A DNA stretch of 64,000 bases. Origin: Actinomycetota bacterium (GTDB lineage Bacteria > Actinomycetota > Acidimicrobiia > Actinomarinales > Actinomarinaceae). Location of the stretch: the NCBI GenBank assembly GCA_014384285.1, contig JACNGE010000011.1, positions 20,617 through 84,616 of the forward strand, read 5' to 3'. A program made the translations under genes and the position numbers. Positions 29,853 through 39,343 of the stretch are shown here, one piece after another. The notes beneath the pieces are model-generated. The model did no database searches. It saw nothing but the letters and a program-made list of their open reading frames with translations, and had not been told where the DNA came from. The first letter of the stretch is position 1. Each line of letters begins with the position of its first letter.

Positions 29853-30044
29853 TTAACTTTTTAATCTAATAACAGCTATTCCACACAATATTGTAAGGAA
29901 ACCAGCTAAAAGACATAGCCCTGCAAGCATTCCGAATGCTGCATCACCTTGTATCTCTGATGCTGCGTATGGATACACCATATACATCACTCCGAGACCA
30001 GCAATACCAGCACCAAGACCATCTTTAGATGTTACTTCTTTCAT
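29853..30044 (-). CDS. Small 2-TM membrane protein in ECF operon
   Basis: Two hydrophobic helices; AGGAG RBS; directly after S component. Confidence 0.65.
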   Translation of the reverse strand: MKEVTSKDGLGAGIAGLGVMYMVYPYAASEIQGDAAFGMLAGLCLLAGFLTILCGIAVIRLKS

Positions 30045-30055
30045 ATTATCTACTC

Positions 30056-30745
30056 CTATAGGTTCATAGATACGACTGTAAGAATAACTCCTACAACTGT
30101 ACCTGCTGTAATTAAGACAACTTTACCCATGCTTTCAGCTTTCATTATTGGTCCAGTTACCTGCAAATTAGTAGGTAGTGCTCCAATTATTGCTAACGCC
30201 AAGAATGACGAAAGAATTTTATCAGCTGAAGAAACAATTATGTTACTTGAAAATACTGAAGTCCACATATCTCCTCCTGCTGCAAGTAAACCTGCAGTAA
30301 GAACATCTGATGCGTGACCTGTTGCTCCTCCGAACACAAATATAACTATTGGTGCAGCCATTAACGAAACGCCTACGCCTGAAGCTATAGACAATCCAAA
30401 GAATTTGAGCTTGTCGTTTGCCCAACCCCATTTAGTTCCATATCCCCAAATCAATGCACCGACAACGTTACACGCTGCAAATGGTATTGATGTTGGACCT
30501 GTGATGAAGCCAGCTGTAACGTTGGTAATAACGCCAACAAGTGCTCCCCACCAAGGACCGATTGTCATAGCAACAACTGCTGTTCCAATCATATCTAGGA
30601 ATATAGGTAATTTTAGCGCACTGGCTACTGTTCCTCCAATTACGTTCATAACGGAAGCAACTGGTACTAACGCAATAACATAAGTTAAAGGTATACCACC
30701 GCCTGTCGCACTACTTAGTTGTTGTGAAGTATCTTGATCTTTCAC
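30056..30745 (-). CDS. ECF transporter S component, QrtT (queuosine-regulated) family-like
   Basis: N..GG..AS..KLPIFLD.IGT...GP..G...G..TN, FGG.TG..SD, DK motifs as recalled for STY3230/QrtT. Confidence 0.75.
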   Translation of the reverse strand: MKDQDTSQQLSSATGGGIPLTYVIALVPVASVMNVIGGTVASALKLPIFLDMIGTAVVAMTIGPWWGALVGVITNVTAGFITGPTSIPFAACNVVGALIWGYGTKWGWANDKLKFFGLSIASGVGVSLMAAPIVIFVFGGATGHASDVLTAGLLAAGGDMWTSVFSSNIIVSSADKILSSFLALAIIGALPTNLQVTGPIMKAESMGKVVLITAGTVVGVILTVVSMNL

Positions 30746-30784
30746 AAATAACCCCCTTCTATATTTATATTTTTTTAATATAAA

Positions 30785-30922
30785 TTAGTTTTTTTTACGG
30801 TGGACCTTTCAAAACACCGTCAGATTTTTTTACGGTGGGCCATGAAACACCGTCAGATTTTTTTACGGTGGGCCATGAAACACCGTCAGGTTTTTTTACG
30901 GTGGTTTACCTAATAAACATCG
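30785..30922 (-). ncRNA. Tandem array of four preQ1-I riboswitch-like aptamers
   Basis: Units every 33-35 nt: ACGGUG-UUU..C-CACCGU-AAAAAAA(C/U)CUG; last unit ends AAAAAAACUAA like preQ1-I; upstream of QrtT-like gene. Confidence 0.7.
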
Positions 30923-31064
30923 CTATATAATTTAATTTATTACGAACTCGAAGGAGAAAGTTTAAACTAATTCACATATAACTTGATTTTATAAAATTAA
31001 AAGTAACTTTGCTAATTCTTACATAATTTTTTTTAATTTAATTTGCTTTTTCTAGATATTTTTT

Positions 31065-31874
31065 TTATGTGTATTTAAGAGCATCTTCAACAGAAAGTAT
31101 TGCCTTTTTATTATTTCCAAAATTTTTCGCCTCTGCAAAAGCGGTTATCTGTGGAGGTTTTAAATTGGTTTTTTCTAATATAGGTTTATTAATGAATAGA
31201 TCAGTTGGTGGTCCGTCAAATATTAATTCAGTATTACACATTACAAGAACTCTGTCTGTCTCTTCAACCACTAATGGCATGTCATGGGATACAACAATTA
31301 CTGTTTTTCCTTGACTTTTTAGCTTTTCCATGGAGTCTTTAATAGTTTTAACTCCTGAATAATCTTGACCTGTAGTAGGTTCATCAAGAACTACTACATT
31401 AGGTTCCATTGCAATTATTGAGGCCATCGCTACTGTTTTTCTTAAAGAAAAACCGAGACGATAGGGATTTAGTTCCAAATACTCTGTAAGTAAAAATTCT
31501 TCTGCTATTTCTATAACTTTTGTTTCTACTTCAGACTCATTTAACCCGATATTTTTCAACCCAAAAGAAAGCTCTTCATGAACTGAAGCTGCAAATATCT
31601 GGTGATTAGGATTCTGAAATACATAGCCCACCTGCCTAGCAAGTTTGCCTACTGGGTTTTCTCTTGTATTGAGATCTCCTATCATGATGTCTCCATCTGT
31701 TGGCTTAAGCAAACCATTGAAATGTTTTACAAGTGTTGTTTTACCTGATCCATTTTGACCAACTACTGAAACTATCTCTCCTTGCTCAATAGTTACATCA
31801 ACATCTTTAATCGCTTGAACCCCATTTGGATAGGTGTGTGCTACTTTCGTACAATTTATATTTGTTTCACTCAT
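31065..31874 (-). CDS. ECF transporter ATPase A2
   Basis: GQNGSGKTT, VGYVFQNP, LDEPTTGQD, SHDM. Confidence 0.92.
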   Translation of the reverse strand: MSETNINCTKVAHTYPNGVQAIKDVDVTIEQGEIVSVVGQNGSGKTTLVKHFNGLLKPTDGDIMIGDLNTRENPVGKLARQVGYVFQNPNHQIFAASVHEELSFGLKNIGLNESEVETKVIEIAEEFLLTEYLELNPYRLGFSLRKTVAMASIIAMEPNVVVLDEPTTGQDYSGVKTIKDSMEKLKSQGKTVIVVSHDMPLVVEETDRVLVMCNTELIFDGPPTDLFINKPILEKTNLKPPQITAFAEAKNFGNNKKAILSVEDALKYT

Positions 31875-32704
31875 TATTTATATCCTTTCACTGCTTGGTC
31901 CACTGTAACTGGGATTCCTTCTTTAAATTTATCAGGAACTCTTGAAGCAAAATCTGTAATTTGAGGTATTCTCACTCCCACTTCACTTTGAATATTAACA
32001 ATATTTGGGAAAATCTCTTCAGGGCTTCCAACTTGAGTAATTTTACCTTCTTCTAATAGAATGACTTTATCGGCATACTCAGCTATTACTTCGACTTCAT
32101 GTTCTGCAATTATGACTGTCAACCCTTCCTCCTGATTGATTCGTCTAGTGACTGTAAAAACTTCTTCTTTGCCTATGGGATCAAGGTTAGAAGTTGGCTC
32201 ATCAAGAACTAAAATCTGAGGCTTCATTGAAAGAGCGGAGGCCATGGCAAGCCTCTGTTGTTGGCCCCCAGAAATTTCAAATGGTGACCTTTCTTCAAAT
32301 CCTGCGAGTCCTACTAGTTCCAATGATGTAGTTATATTTTTAATTATTGTTTCTTTATCGACACCTAAATTCTGTAGTCCTAAAGCGACTTCTTCAAAAA
32401 CAGTTAGCTGACTCATTTGAAATTCTGGATTATCAAAAACACTTCCAACTTTACTCGCAAGCTCTCTTACTGGAATTTTAGGAGGTACTTCACCTGCCAC
32501 TTCAATTTTTCCAAACATATCAGCCTGGATCATATTTGGGACTATCCCGTTTATTGACAAGCAGAGAGTAGTTTTTCCGGCTCCGTGAGCTCCCAAAATG
32601 GCTATAAACTCTCCTTCTTCAACTTCAAGAGAGATTTTATCTAAAGCTTTTTCTTCTTGTTCTAAATATTGAACTGAAAGGTTTTCAATTTTAATAATGG
32701 ACAT
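31874..32704 (-). CDS. ECF transporter ATPase A1
   Basis: GAHGAGKTT, ISGGQQQR, LDEPTSNLDP. Confidence 0.92.
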   Translation of the reverse strand: MSIIKIENLSVQYLEQEEKALDKISLEVEEGEFIAILGAHGAGKTTLCLSINGIVPNMIQADMFGKIEVAGEVPPKIPVRELASKVGSVFDNPEFQMSQLTVFEEVALGLQNLGVDKETIIKNITTSLELVGLAGFEERSPFEISGGQQQRLAMASALSMKPQILVLDEPTSNLDPIGKEEVFTVTRRINQEEGLTVIIAEHEVEVIAEYADKVILLEEGKITQVGSPEEIFPNIVNIQSEVGVRIPQITDFASRVPDKFKEGIPVTVDQAVKGYK

Positions 32705-32728
32705 TAATACCCCTTTTTTTTGTAAAAT

Positions 32729-32765
32729 TCAGGTTTTTTTACGAAGGTTATCCTATTAAACATCG
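32729..32765 (-). ncRNA. Single preQ1-I riboswitch-like aptamer upstream of ECF ATPases
   Basis: CGAUGUUUAAUAGGAUAACCUUCGUAAAAAAACCUGA; 32/37 identical to 30886-30922. Confidence 0.65.
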
Positions 32766-32898
32766 ATTATATAACTTAAATAGTTGTAAGTTTTTATATT
32801 TTTTTATAATATCATCTTGTTAGATTTCTTGCTTTTGTTTTAGATAATTTTTTAATTTTTTTTTGACAGACTCATTTTTAGCTACTTAAAATTGAAAC

Positions 32899-34143
32899 AT
32901 GAATATTCCAGAACTACATTTACCGACTTTAGATCAAGATTTTATCAAAGATCCTTATTCCACCTTTGAAGAATATAGAAGTAAAACTCCAATTTTTTGG
33001 GATGAAATTAATAATCTCTTGTTTGTAACGCGTCATAAAGATGTTAGAAATATACAAACAAGTAAGATGTTTGGAACAACACATAGTCATATAGAAAATT
33101 TTGAAGGTGATGTAGAATCCTCAAATGTTCCCCTGACTTATGTAGGTTATAAAAGATCAGAAAAATATGAATCTTACGATTACTTCTGGAAATCAGAGCA
33201 ATTTTCACTTTTAAACCTTGAAGGAACTATGCATAAAGAGTTACGAGGATTAGTTGCTAAAGCTTTTTTACCAAGATCTGTTCAAAAACTTGTTCCATTT
33301 ATGGAAAAGAAATCTAAAGAATTATTAAGTAATACGAACGGCTCGAACTTTGATTTGCTTAAAGATTATGCCCAACCTTATTCAATTAGCATTATTGGAG
33401 AACTTCTAGGAGTTCCTGCATCAGACCATGCAAAGTTTTTAGACTGGTCTCATAAAATAGTAAAAATGTACGATTTTAAAGTTGATGATGTTGATGCTAT
33501 GAATGCCGAGAATGCTGCCAAAGACTTTTTTGATTACGCTCAAGATTTACTCAACAGAAGAAGGATTGACCCCCAAGATGATATGATTACTCGACTATCT
33601 CAAGTAAGCGAGAATGATGTTCGATTAACTGACCATCAAATTATTTGTACAATAATACTTCTATTAAATGCAGGTCACGAGGCTACAGTAAATACTCTCG
33701 GAAATGGATTTTATGGATTACTCTCCAATGAAAAAACTTATGAAGAAGTATCAGAAGAATCATCAACTATGACGGATGTTGTTGAGGAACTTATTAGGTG
33801 GGATAGTCCTCTACAGTTTTTTCAAAGATATGTTCTTGAAGATACTGAAATTGAAAACTTTAAGATTCCAAAAGGCTCTAAGGTTGCAATTTTACTGGGT
33901 TCAGCCAATAGGGACCCTGCGGTCTTTGAAAATCCTTCAGAGTTAAATTTTAATAGGGAAAATAAAGACCATAGCAGCTGGGGTGGTGGTATCCATTTCT
34001 GTATTGGAGCTCATCTGGCAAGGTTAGAGTTAGAGGTCTCTTTTGAGCATCTTCTTAAAAAGAATCTACTATTAAAAACTGAGCCTGAAAGAACTGGAGC
34101 TTTTGGTATTAGAGGTTACGAGAACCTCTTAGTAACAACTTAA
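32899..34143 (+). CDS. Cytochrome P450
   Basis: AGHEAT I-helix, EELIR (ExxR), WGGGIHFCIG heme Cys. Confidence 0.95.
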   Translation: MNIPELHLPTLDQDFIKDPYSTFEEYRSKTPIFWDEINNLLFVTRHKDVRNIQTSKMFGTTHSHIENFEGDVESSNVPLTYVGYKRSEKYESYDYFWKSEQFSLLNLEGTMHKELRGLVAKAFLPRSVQKLVPFMEKKSKELLSNTNGSNFDLLKDYAQPYSISIIGELLGVPASDHAKFLDWSHKIVKMYDFKVDDVDAMNAENAAKDFFDYAQDLLNRRRIDPQDDMITRLSQVSENDVRLTDHQIICTIILLLNAGHEATVNTLGNGFYGLLSNEKTYEEVSEESSTMTDVVEELIRWDSPLQFFQRYVLEDTEIENFKIPKGSKVAILLGSANRDPAVFENPSELNFNRENKDHSSWGGGIHFCIGAHLARLELEVSFEHLLKKNLLLKTEPERTGAFGIRGYENLLVTT

Positions 34144-34154
34144 ATAATTTTAAT

Positions 34155-34595
34155 TTAAGAACTAAATTCTTTTATTGCAGATAAAAGTTCATCTATATTG
34201 AGTACTTTTGTAGAAATCATTCCTTCAGTAAAGAGATTTCTATATCTTCTTTCTTCAGCTGTAATCGCTATTACTGGTTTCTCATTAGCATATGTGAACC
34301 CAATTTCAGAGGCTGTACCTGAGTCAATATCCTGTCCAGTTATTAGTGCAACAGTTGCATCTGACCAGTTAAGTGCATCTAAATCTGCCTTAAATATGGC
34401 ATCCTTTGTTGATTGAGTCATATTGTTATCTTTAAATTCTTCAGGATCAATTACAAGTCCGGAAACTTTTGTTTTATCCCTATGTGGCACGAAACACTCA
34501 TATCCCGCTTCTTCTAAAACTGCTGCTATGTCTTCAAGATATTTTTTTTCATGTACGTTAAATAGTGGTCCTGCGATGTATATTTTCTTAATCAT
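34155..34595 (-). CDS. Nucleoside 2-deoxyribosyltransferase family protein
   Basis: KIYIAGPLF, F.P, IF..DL, DSGTASEIG; likely start MIKKIY. Confidence 0.85.
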   Translation of the reverse strand: MIKKIYIAGPLFNVHEKKYLEDIAAVLEEAGYECFVPHRDKTKVSGLVIDPEEFKDNNMTQSTKDAIFKADLDALNWSDATVALITGQDIDSGTASEIGFTYANEKPVIAITAEERRYRNLFTEGMISTKVLNIDELLSAIKEFSS

Positions 34596-34686
34596 ATTAT
34601 TTAAACTAAAAGCTTTTCGCTGAATCAACAAGTTAAAAAAGTAGTATTTTTCTACCAATTATCTCAATAAGTCTTAAACTCTTTTT

Positions 34687-35853
34687 ATGGGTAATTCTAA
34701 AAAATATGGTATGAATACCAAAGCTATTCATACCAAAAAAAGAGTTGAGCTTCCAACAGGTGACGTGATGCCTCCAATACATTTATCTACAACCTTTGAA
34801 AACTCTCAACCTGGTGAATACGAATACTTCTATGGAAGGAGTGGTAACCCAACTAGAGAACTATTTGAAAGAACAATGGCATCTCTCGAAGGGGTAGAAG
34901 ATTTTGAATCTATGCACTCATTTGGAATGGCCTCTGGAATGGCTGCTGTAACACTAATTGGTGAGTTGGTCGAACCTGGTGAAAATGTTGTGATTACTAG
35001 AGATGTATACGGAGGTACTACTAGGTTTTTTTCACAGGTAATGAAAAAAAGGGGTATTGAAGTAAACTTTTGCGATCTTTATGATGAAGAAAAACTAACC
35101 TCTTTAATCAATGAGAAGACAAAGTTGGTATGGTTTGAATCCCCTTCTAATCCAAGAATAAATATTTTTGATATTGCCAAATATGCAGACATAGTGCACA
35201 AAAGTAATGCCTATTTAGTTGCTGATGGTACATTTACCTCACCATTTATAACAAGACACCTTGAACATGGTGTAGATATTGTGTTTCATTCGACAACAAA
35301 ATATATAGGTGGGCATAGTGACACTCTGGGTGGTGTTGTAACAACAAATAATGAAAAAGTCTGGGAAGTCTTGTTTGAATACCAAAAAACAAGCGGTGCA
35401 ATTATGTCACCATTCGATGCTTATCTCTGCCAAAGAGGTTTATATACGTTAGGACCTAGACTTGCCATGCACTCTGCAAATGCCCATAAGTTGGCTGAAT
35501 ACCTAGAAAACTCTGAACATATTAAGGAAGTATTTTATCCAGGGCTACAAAGTAATCCTCATTACTTAATAGCTGAAAAACAAATGGACATGTTTGGTGG
35601 AATGCTAAGTTTCAATGTTGAAGACCATATAAATCTCAAATTATTTTGGGAGAATTTAGAACTTTTTAAATTAGCAGTAAGTTTAGGTGGCGTTGAATCA
35701 TTAATCGAATTGCCTAGGCTAATGACTCATGATTCTGCTGAAGGGACTGAGGCATCAATTGATGATGATCTTGTACGAATCTCTGTGGGATTAGAAAATA
35801 CAGAAGACCTTATAAGTGATTTAGAGTCCGCATTAAATGCTGCAAAGAAATAA
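34687..35853 (+). CDS. Cystathionine gamma-synthase/lyase family PLP enzyme
   Basis: PPIHLSTTF, Y.RSGNPTR, SGMAA, ESPSNP, HSTTKYIGGHSD, SLGGVESL. Confidence 0.92.
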   Translation: MGNSKKYGMNTKAIHTKKRVELPTGDVMPPIHLSTTFENSQPGEYEYFYGRSGNPTRELFERTMASLEGVEDFESMHSFGMASGMAAVTLIGELVEPGENVVITRDVYGGTTRFFSQVMKKRGIEVNFCDLYDEEKLTSLINEKTKLVWFESPSNPRINIFDIAKYADIVHKSNAYLVADGTFTSPFITRHLEHGVDIVFHSTTKYIGGHSDTLGGVVTTNNEKVWEVLFEYQKTSGAIMSPFDAYLCQRGLYTLGPRLAMHSANAHKLAEYLENSEHIKEVFYPGLQSNPHYLIAEKQMDMFGGMLSFNVEDHINLKLFWENLELFKLAVSLGGVESLIELPRLMTHDSAEGTEASIDDDLVRISVGLENTEDLISDLESALNAAKK

Positions 35854-36796
35854 ACTTAATCCTTTCTCACTTGCTTTAATAAGTATTTTCACTACATTTT
35901 TACTATTTGCATTCTTTGGGTACAACGGCTGGGGGCCAGCAGCAGAAAATGAACAAGCTATTGGTGAGATTTCTAGATGGTGTGAACGTGTAAGTAGTGG
36001 ATTCTTTAGAGAACCAGCAAATACTTTAGGAAACTTAGGATTTGTAGTTGTCGGTTTGTATATGTTTTTTAGACTTTCAAAAGATGCCACACAGGGAAAT
36101 ACTCCTCTATTTGGATCATTCAAGATTGCTCTTCTTTACGCCTCAGCATCTACCTTTTTAGGACCAGCTTCAATGGCTATGCATGGAACTCATACTAGAT
36201 TTGGAGCGTGGTTAGACAATGTGTCAATGATTTCTTACATTCTTATTTTATGGATTTACAACTTAAAGAAACTCACAAAATTCTCTTCACGGACATTCTT
36301 CATAATATATTCAACACTTTTAGCATATTACGCCTATAGCTATTGGTATCTTGATAGCGGATTGGGGATTGGTGTTGACTTATTTGAACTTAGTATTGGT
36401 TTGTGGATTGCTACTGAAGTACTAGTAAAGATGCCGAATATTTATGGGAGACTACTTTCTGGTTTAACCGTCTTGTTAACTCAACAGCTTTTTGGTAGTT
36501 CTGTTATTGATTCTCTACAGAACCTACAAGAAAACTGGGAGATGCTTTTATATTTTATTCCAGCTTTAATTCCTAATTTAGAGGGGGGTACTATTAGAAA
36601 GTACACTCCATGGTTCTTTATTGGTGTTGCTTCATTCTTTGGTGCACTTATTATCTGGGAAACTGGTGTCCCTGACCATCCATGGTGTGAGCCAGATTCA
36701 TGGCTACAGGCGCACATGGTTTGGCATTTACTTTGTGCAGCAGCAACTTTAAGTTTCTTTAATTTTTTTAGAACTGAAAGAACAATTACGGTCTGA
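35837..36796 (+). CDS. Ceramidase-like (CREST superfamily) membrane hydrolase
   Basis: WCE...EPANTLGN, S.AMH, D, H..WH metal-binding motifs in a multi-TM protein. Confidence 0.7.
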   Translation: MLQRNKLNPFSLALISIFTTFLLFAFFGYNGWGPAAENEQAIGEISRWCERVSSGFFREPANTLGNLGFVVVGLYMFFRLSKDATQGNTPLFGSFKIALLYASASTFLGPASMAMHGTHTRFGAWLDNVSMISYILILWIYNLKKLTKFSSRTFFIIYSTLLAYYAYSYWYLDSGLGIGVDLFELSIGLWIATEVLVKMPNIYGRLLSGLTVLLTQQLFGSSVIDSLQNLQENWEMLLYFIPALIPNLEGGTIRKYTPWFFIGVASFFGALIIWETGVPDHPWCEPDSWLQAHMVWHLLCAAATLSFFNFFRTERTITV

Positions 36797-39311
36797 GGTA
36801 CATTAAGTCTTTTTGGTTTAGCTCAACTATTTCTCGAGAAAAGTAATTTGTGTACATATCATTCGATATCCAGTTATCAACCTGATCATCGTAGTATTTA
36901 GACATCACATGACCAGATTGACCTGATGGAATTACCGTTCGCGAATTATCTAAATCACTCAGATCAACAACCATTCTCATAGAAGGGTAGCTTCCAATTG
37001 TAAAATCTTCACCAAAACCCCAGTCTGTAGAGTTAATAGCAAAGTTTGACCCACTTGATGCAACAGGGCCAATATTTACAAGATTTGTGAGAATTGGAAT
37101 GCCGGCTTCCCCAAGTAAATTTGTAGGATAAGTAATAGTATGTATTTCTCCCCATTCCCAATCATCACTATCTGTAGAATCGAAAATTTCAATAATTGAT
37201 TTATCAGAAAGAGCTAAAGTTCTCTCTAAAATATCAGTCAAGTTTTCTTTTTCAGGTGTATTAATATCGTCCCAAATAATGTGATTTGGATCTTTTAATA
37301 ATGTCCTAAATATTTCTGAAGTAGAATCAGAATTACCTGGTTGTAAAGATATTTCATTCCCTGCATTATCAAAAACAACTAATTCTTCAAAAGTTTGCCC
37401 AACAAGAGATTTATAGAATACCGCCCAAGCAGATGCTCCTGTTGAATCAATATTCATTTCAAACTTCTCATCACTAATTGCCCATTCTTTTAGTTCTGTC
37501 AATACTTGCGAATCAATATACACATTATTGAAAACATAAGGTAAAACATACGCAGCTGAGTAATCAAAGTTATCGATTTGCATTGCCTGCATATCATCTA
37601 CAGAAATTTTATTTATCATATATTGGTTTATTACTCGCTCAATAGCTTTGGCCCTATAGCCCCTAGCGTAATAATTTGGCCATGGCTGATCTGGATGAAC
37701 AGATTGATTGGCAGTAATGATATAACCTGAAGAAGGATTCAAAGAATATGGAAGGTCTTCAAATGCTACAAACCCCTGCCAATCATTTTCACTAAACCAA
37801 CCTTCAATTGGCAAGTCTCCATAAAGTCCTTCTTTTCTAATTGGTAATTTTCCAGGTGACTGATATGCTATATTTCCATCTCTGTCGGCATACAACAGAT
37901 TCTGAGCAGGAACGTGAAACTTTCTAGTAGCTTCTCTAAATTCTTCCCAGTTAGATGCATAGTTAAATTCTCTAATTCCTACAAAGGTTTTCCCAGGCAC
38001 TAGTGCTGACCAAGAAAGAGAAACTGCAAAATCATTAGGTAAATTGATGCGTGCCTCTTCTCTGAAAGTACTTTCTCCCTCTTCTGATATTAGGTTTATA
38101 GGGAAGCTTCTATCTGAAACTACTGGTCCGTGGTGTGTTTCTCTAACTTCAATAACTATTGGTTCTGAGCCTGCAACATCAATTATCTCAGTTGTTCTCT
38201 CCATATCTATCCAAACGTCATCAACTTGATACTGGTTTTCGTTGTTTGGATTAATTTTTTCAATAAATAAGTCTTGTACATCTGGACCCATATTTGTGAA
38301 ACCCCAAGCAATATCACTGTTGTAGCCAATTATTACATACGGGGAACCAGCAAATGAAAATCCTGCTGAATCTAGTTCACATTCTCTATTTTTGGGAAAG
38401 CAATGTAATCCATTTTCATACCATATGGCAGGCAATTGCACCGATAGGTGTGGGTCATTAGCTAATAATGGTAATCCTGTATCTGTGAGAGTACCGTCAA
38501 CTACCCAGGAATTTGAGCCTAGTGATTGATTAGTTTGCATGTCTTTTGTTACATATTTAATAAAAAATGATTGTGTCATTTGCTGAAAACTATTTGCTTT
38601 TCTACTGGAAGCAAATGAGCCTTTTCCTTCCCATTCTTCAACAATGTAAGGATGGCTTTCTGGATATGGTGGAGTTAATAAATTATAAATTTCGGGTGTC
38701 AAAGTGTTATATGTTTTTGAATTTGCTATTTCAGAAGTAAAATTGCCATTTAAATCATACGCCATCATCTTTGCCCAAGCTAGTGGATAGTAGGGTTCAT
38801 ATGTGTCAACAACATAGTCAGGGTTTATAAACTGTAAGACAAAATGTTCAAGACTCAATCTATTTTGCGGACGTGATTCAATATACGCATTAACTCCATT
38901 TGTATAGTTAATTAAATCTTGTTTAAATTCTGGTTCTAAGTTTTCGTATTCTTCGAGTGCGATTTTATGAAAACCAAAAGTCCTAAAAAGTAAGTCAGCT
39001 CCGACACCCGGTTCTCCAATTAGAGATGCTAGTCGACCAGTACTTAGGTGACTCCAGAATTCAAGTTGCCAAAATCTATCCTGTGCGTGCACATACCCTT
39101 GAGCAAAAAGAATATCATCTACATTTGTTCCATATATATGAGGTATACCCCTTTCATCTCTTATGATTTCAACAAAGTCAGTTAAGGGAAGTCCAGTAAC
39201 ATCAATTTCATGATCTGGAAGAGGCATTCTAAAAATTACTATTCCTACAATTATGACTAGTGCCTGTATGCCAATAAGTGTGACTACTAGCCACTTAAAG
39301 AATTTTCTCAA
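36786..39311 (-). CDS. Penicillin acylase family Ntn-hydrolase
   Basis: RDERGIPHIY, QGYVHAQDRFWQ, GSNSW (catalytic Ser), LANDPHL, GQSGH. Confidence 0.93.
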   Translation of the reverse strand: MRKFFKWLVVTLIGIQALVIIVGIVIFRMPLPDHEIDVTGLPLTDFVEIIRDERGIPHIYGTNVDDILFAQGYVHAQDRFWQLEFWSHLSTGRLASLIGEPGVGADLLFRTFGFHKIALEEYENLEPEFKQDLINYTNGVNAYIESRPQNRLSLEHFVLQFINPDYVVDTYEPYYPLAWAKMMAYDLNGNFTSEIANSKTYNTLTPEIYNLLTPPYPESHPYIVEEWEGKGSFASSRKANSFQQMTQSFFIKYVTKDMQTNQSLGSNSWVVDGTLTDTGLPLLANDPHLSVQLPAIWYENGLHCFPKNRECELDSAGFSFAGSPYVIIGYNSDIAWGFTNMGPDVQDLFIEKINPNNENQYQVDDVWIDMERTTEIIDVAGSEPIVIEVRETHHGPVVSDRSFPINLISEEGESTFREEARINLPNDFAVSLSWSALVPGKTFVGIREFNYASNWEEFREATRKFHVPAQNLLYADRDGNIAYQSPGKLPIRKEGLYGDLPIEGWFSENDWQGFVAFEDLPYSLNPSSGYIITANQSVHPDQPWPNYYARGYRAKAIERVINQYMINKISVDDMQAMQIDNFDYSAAYVLPYVFNNVYIDSQVLTELKEWAISDEKFEMNIDSTGASAWAVFYKSLVGQTFEELVVFDNAGNEISLQPGNSDSTSEIFRTLLKDPNHIIWDDINTPEKENLTDILERTLALSDKSIIEIFDSTDSDDWEWGEIHTITYPTNLLGEAGIPILTNLVNIGPVASSGSNFAINSTDWGFGEDFTIGSYPSMRMVVDLSDLDNSRTVIPSGQSGHVMSKYYDDQVDNWISNDMYTNYFSREIVELNQKDLMYLRP

Positions 39312-39343
39312 AAATCTCCCCCTTCTTCTAATTAGATTAGATG

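Noticed and set aside
30785..30922. Mini CRISPR array
   Set aside because: Variable parts are only 10-14 nt, two are identical, the period is 33-35 nt and no cas genes are present; a riboswitch-like reading fits better.
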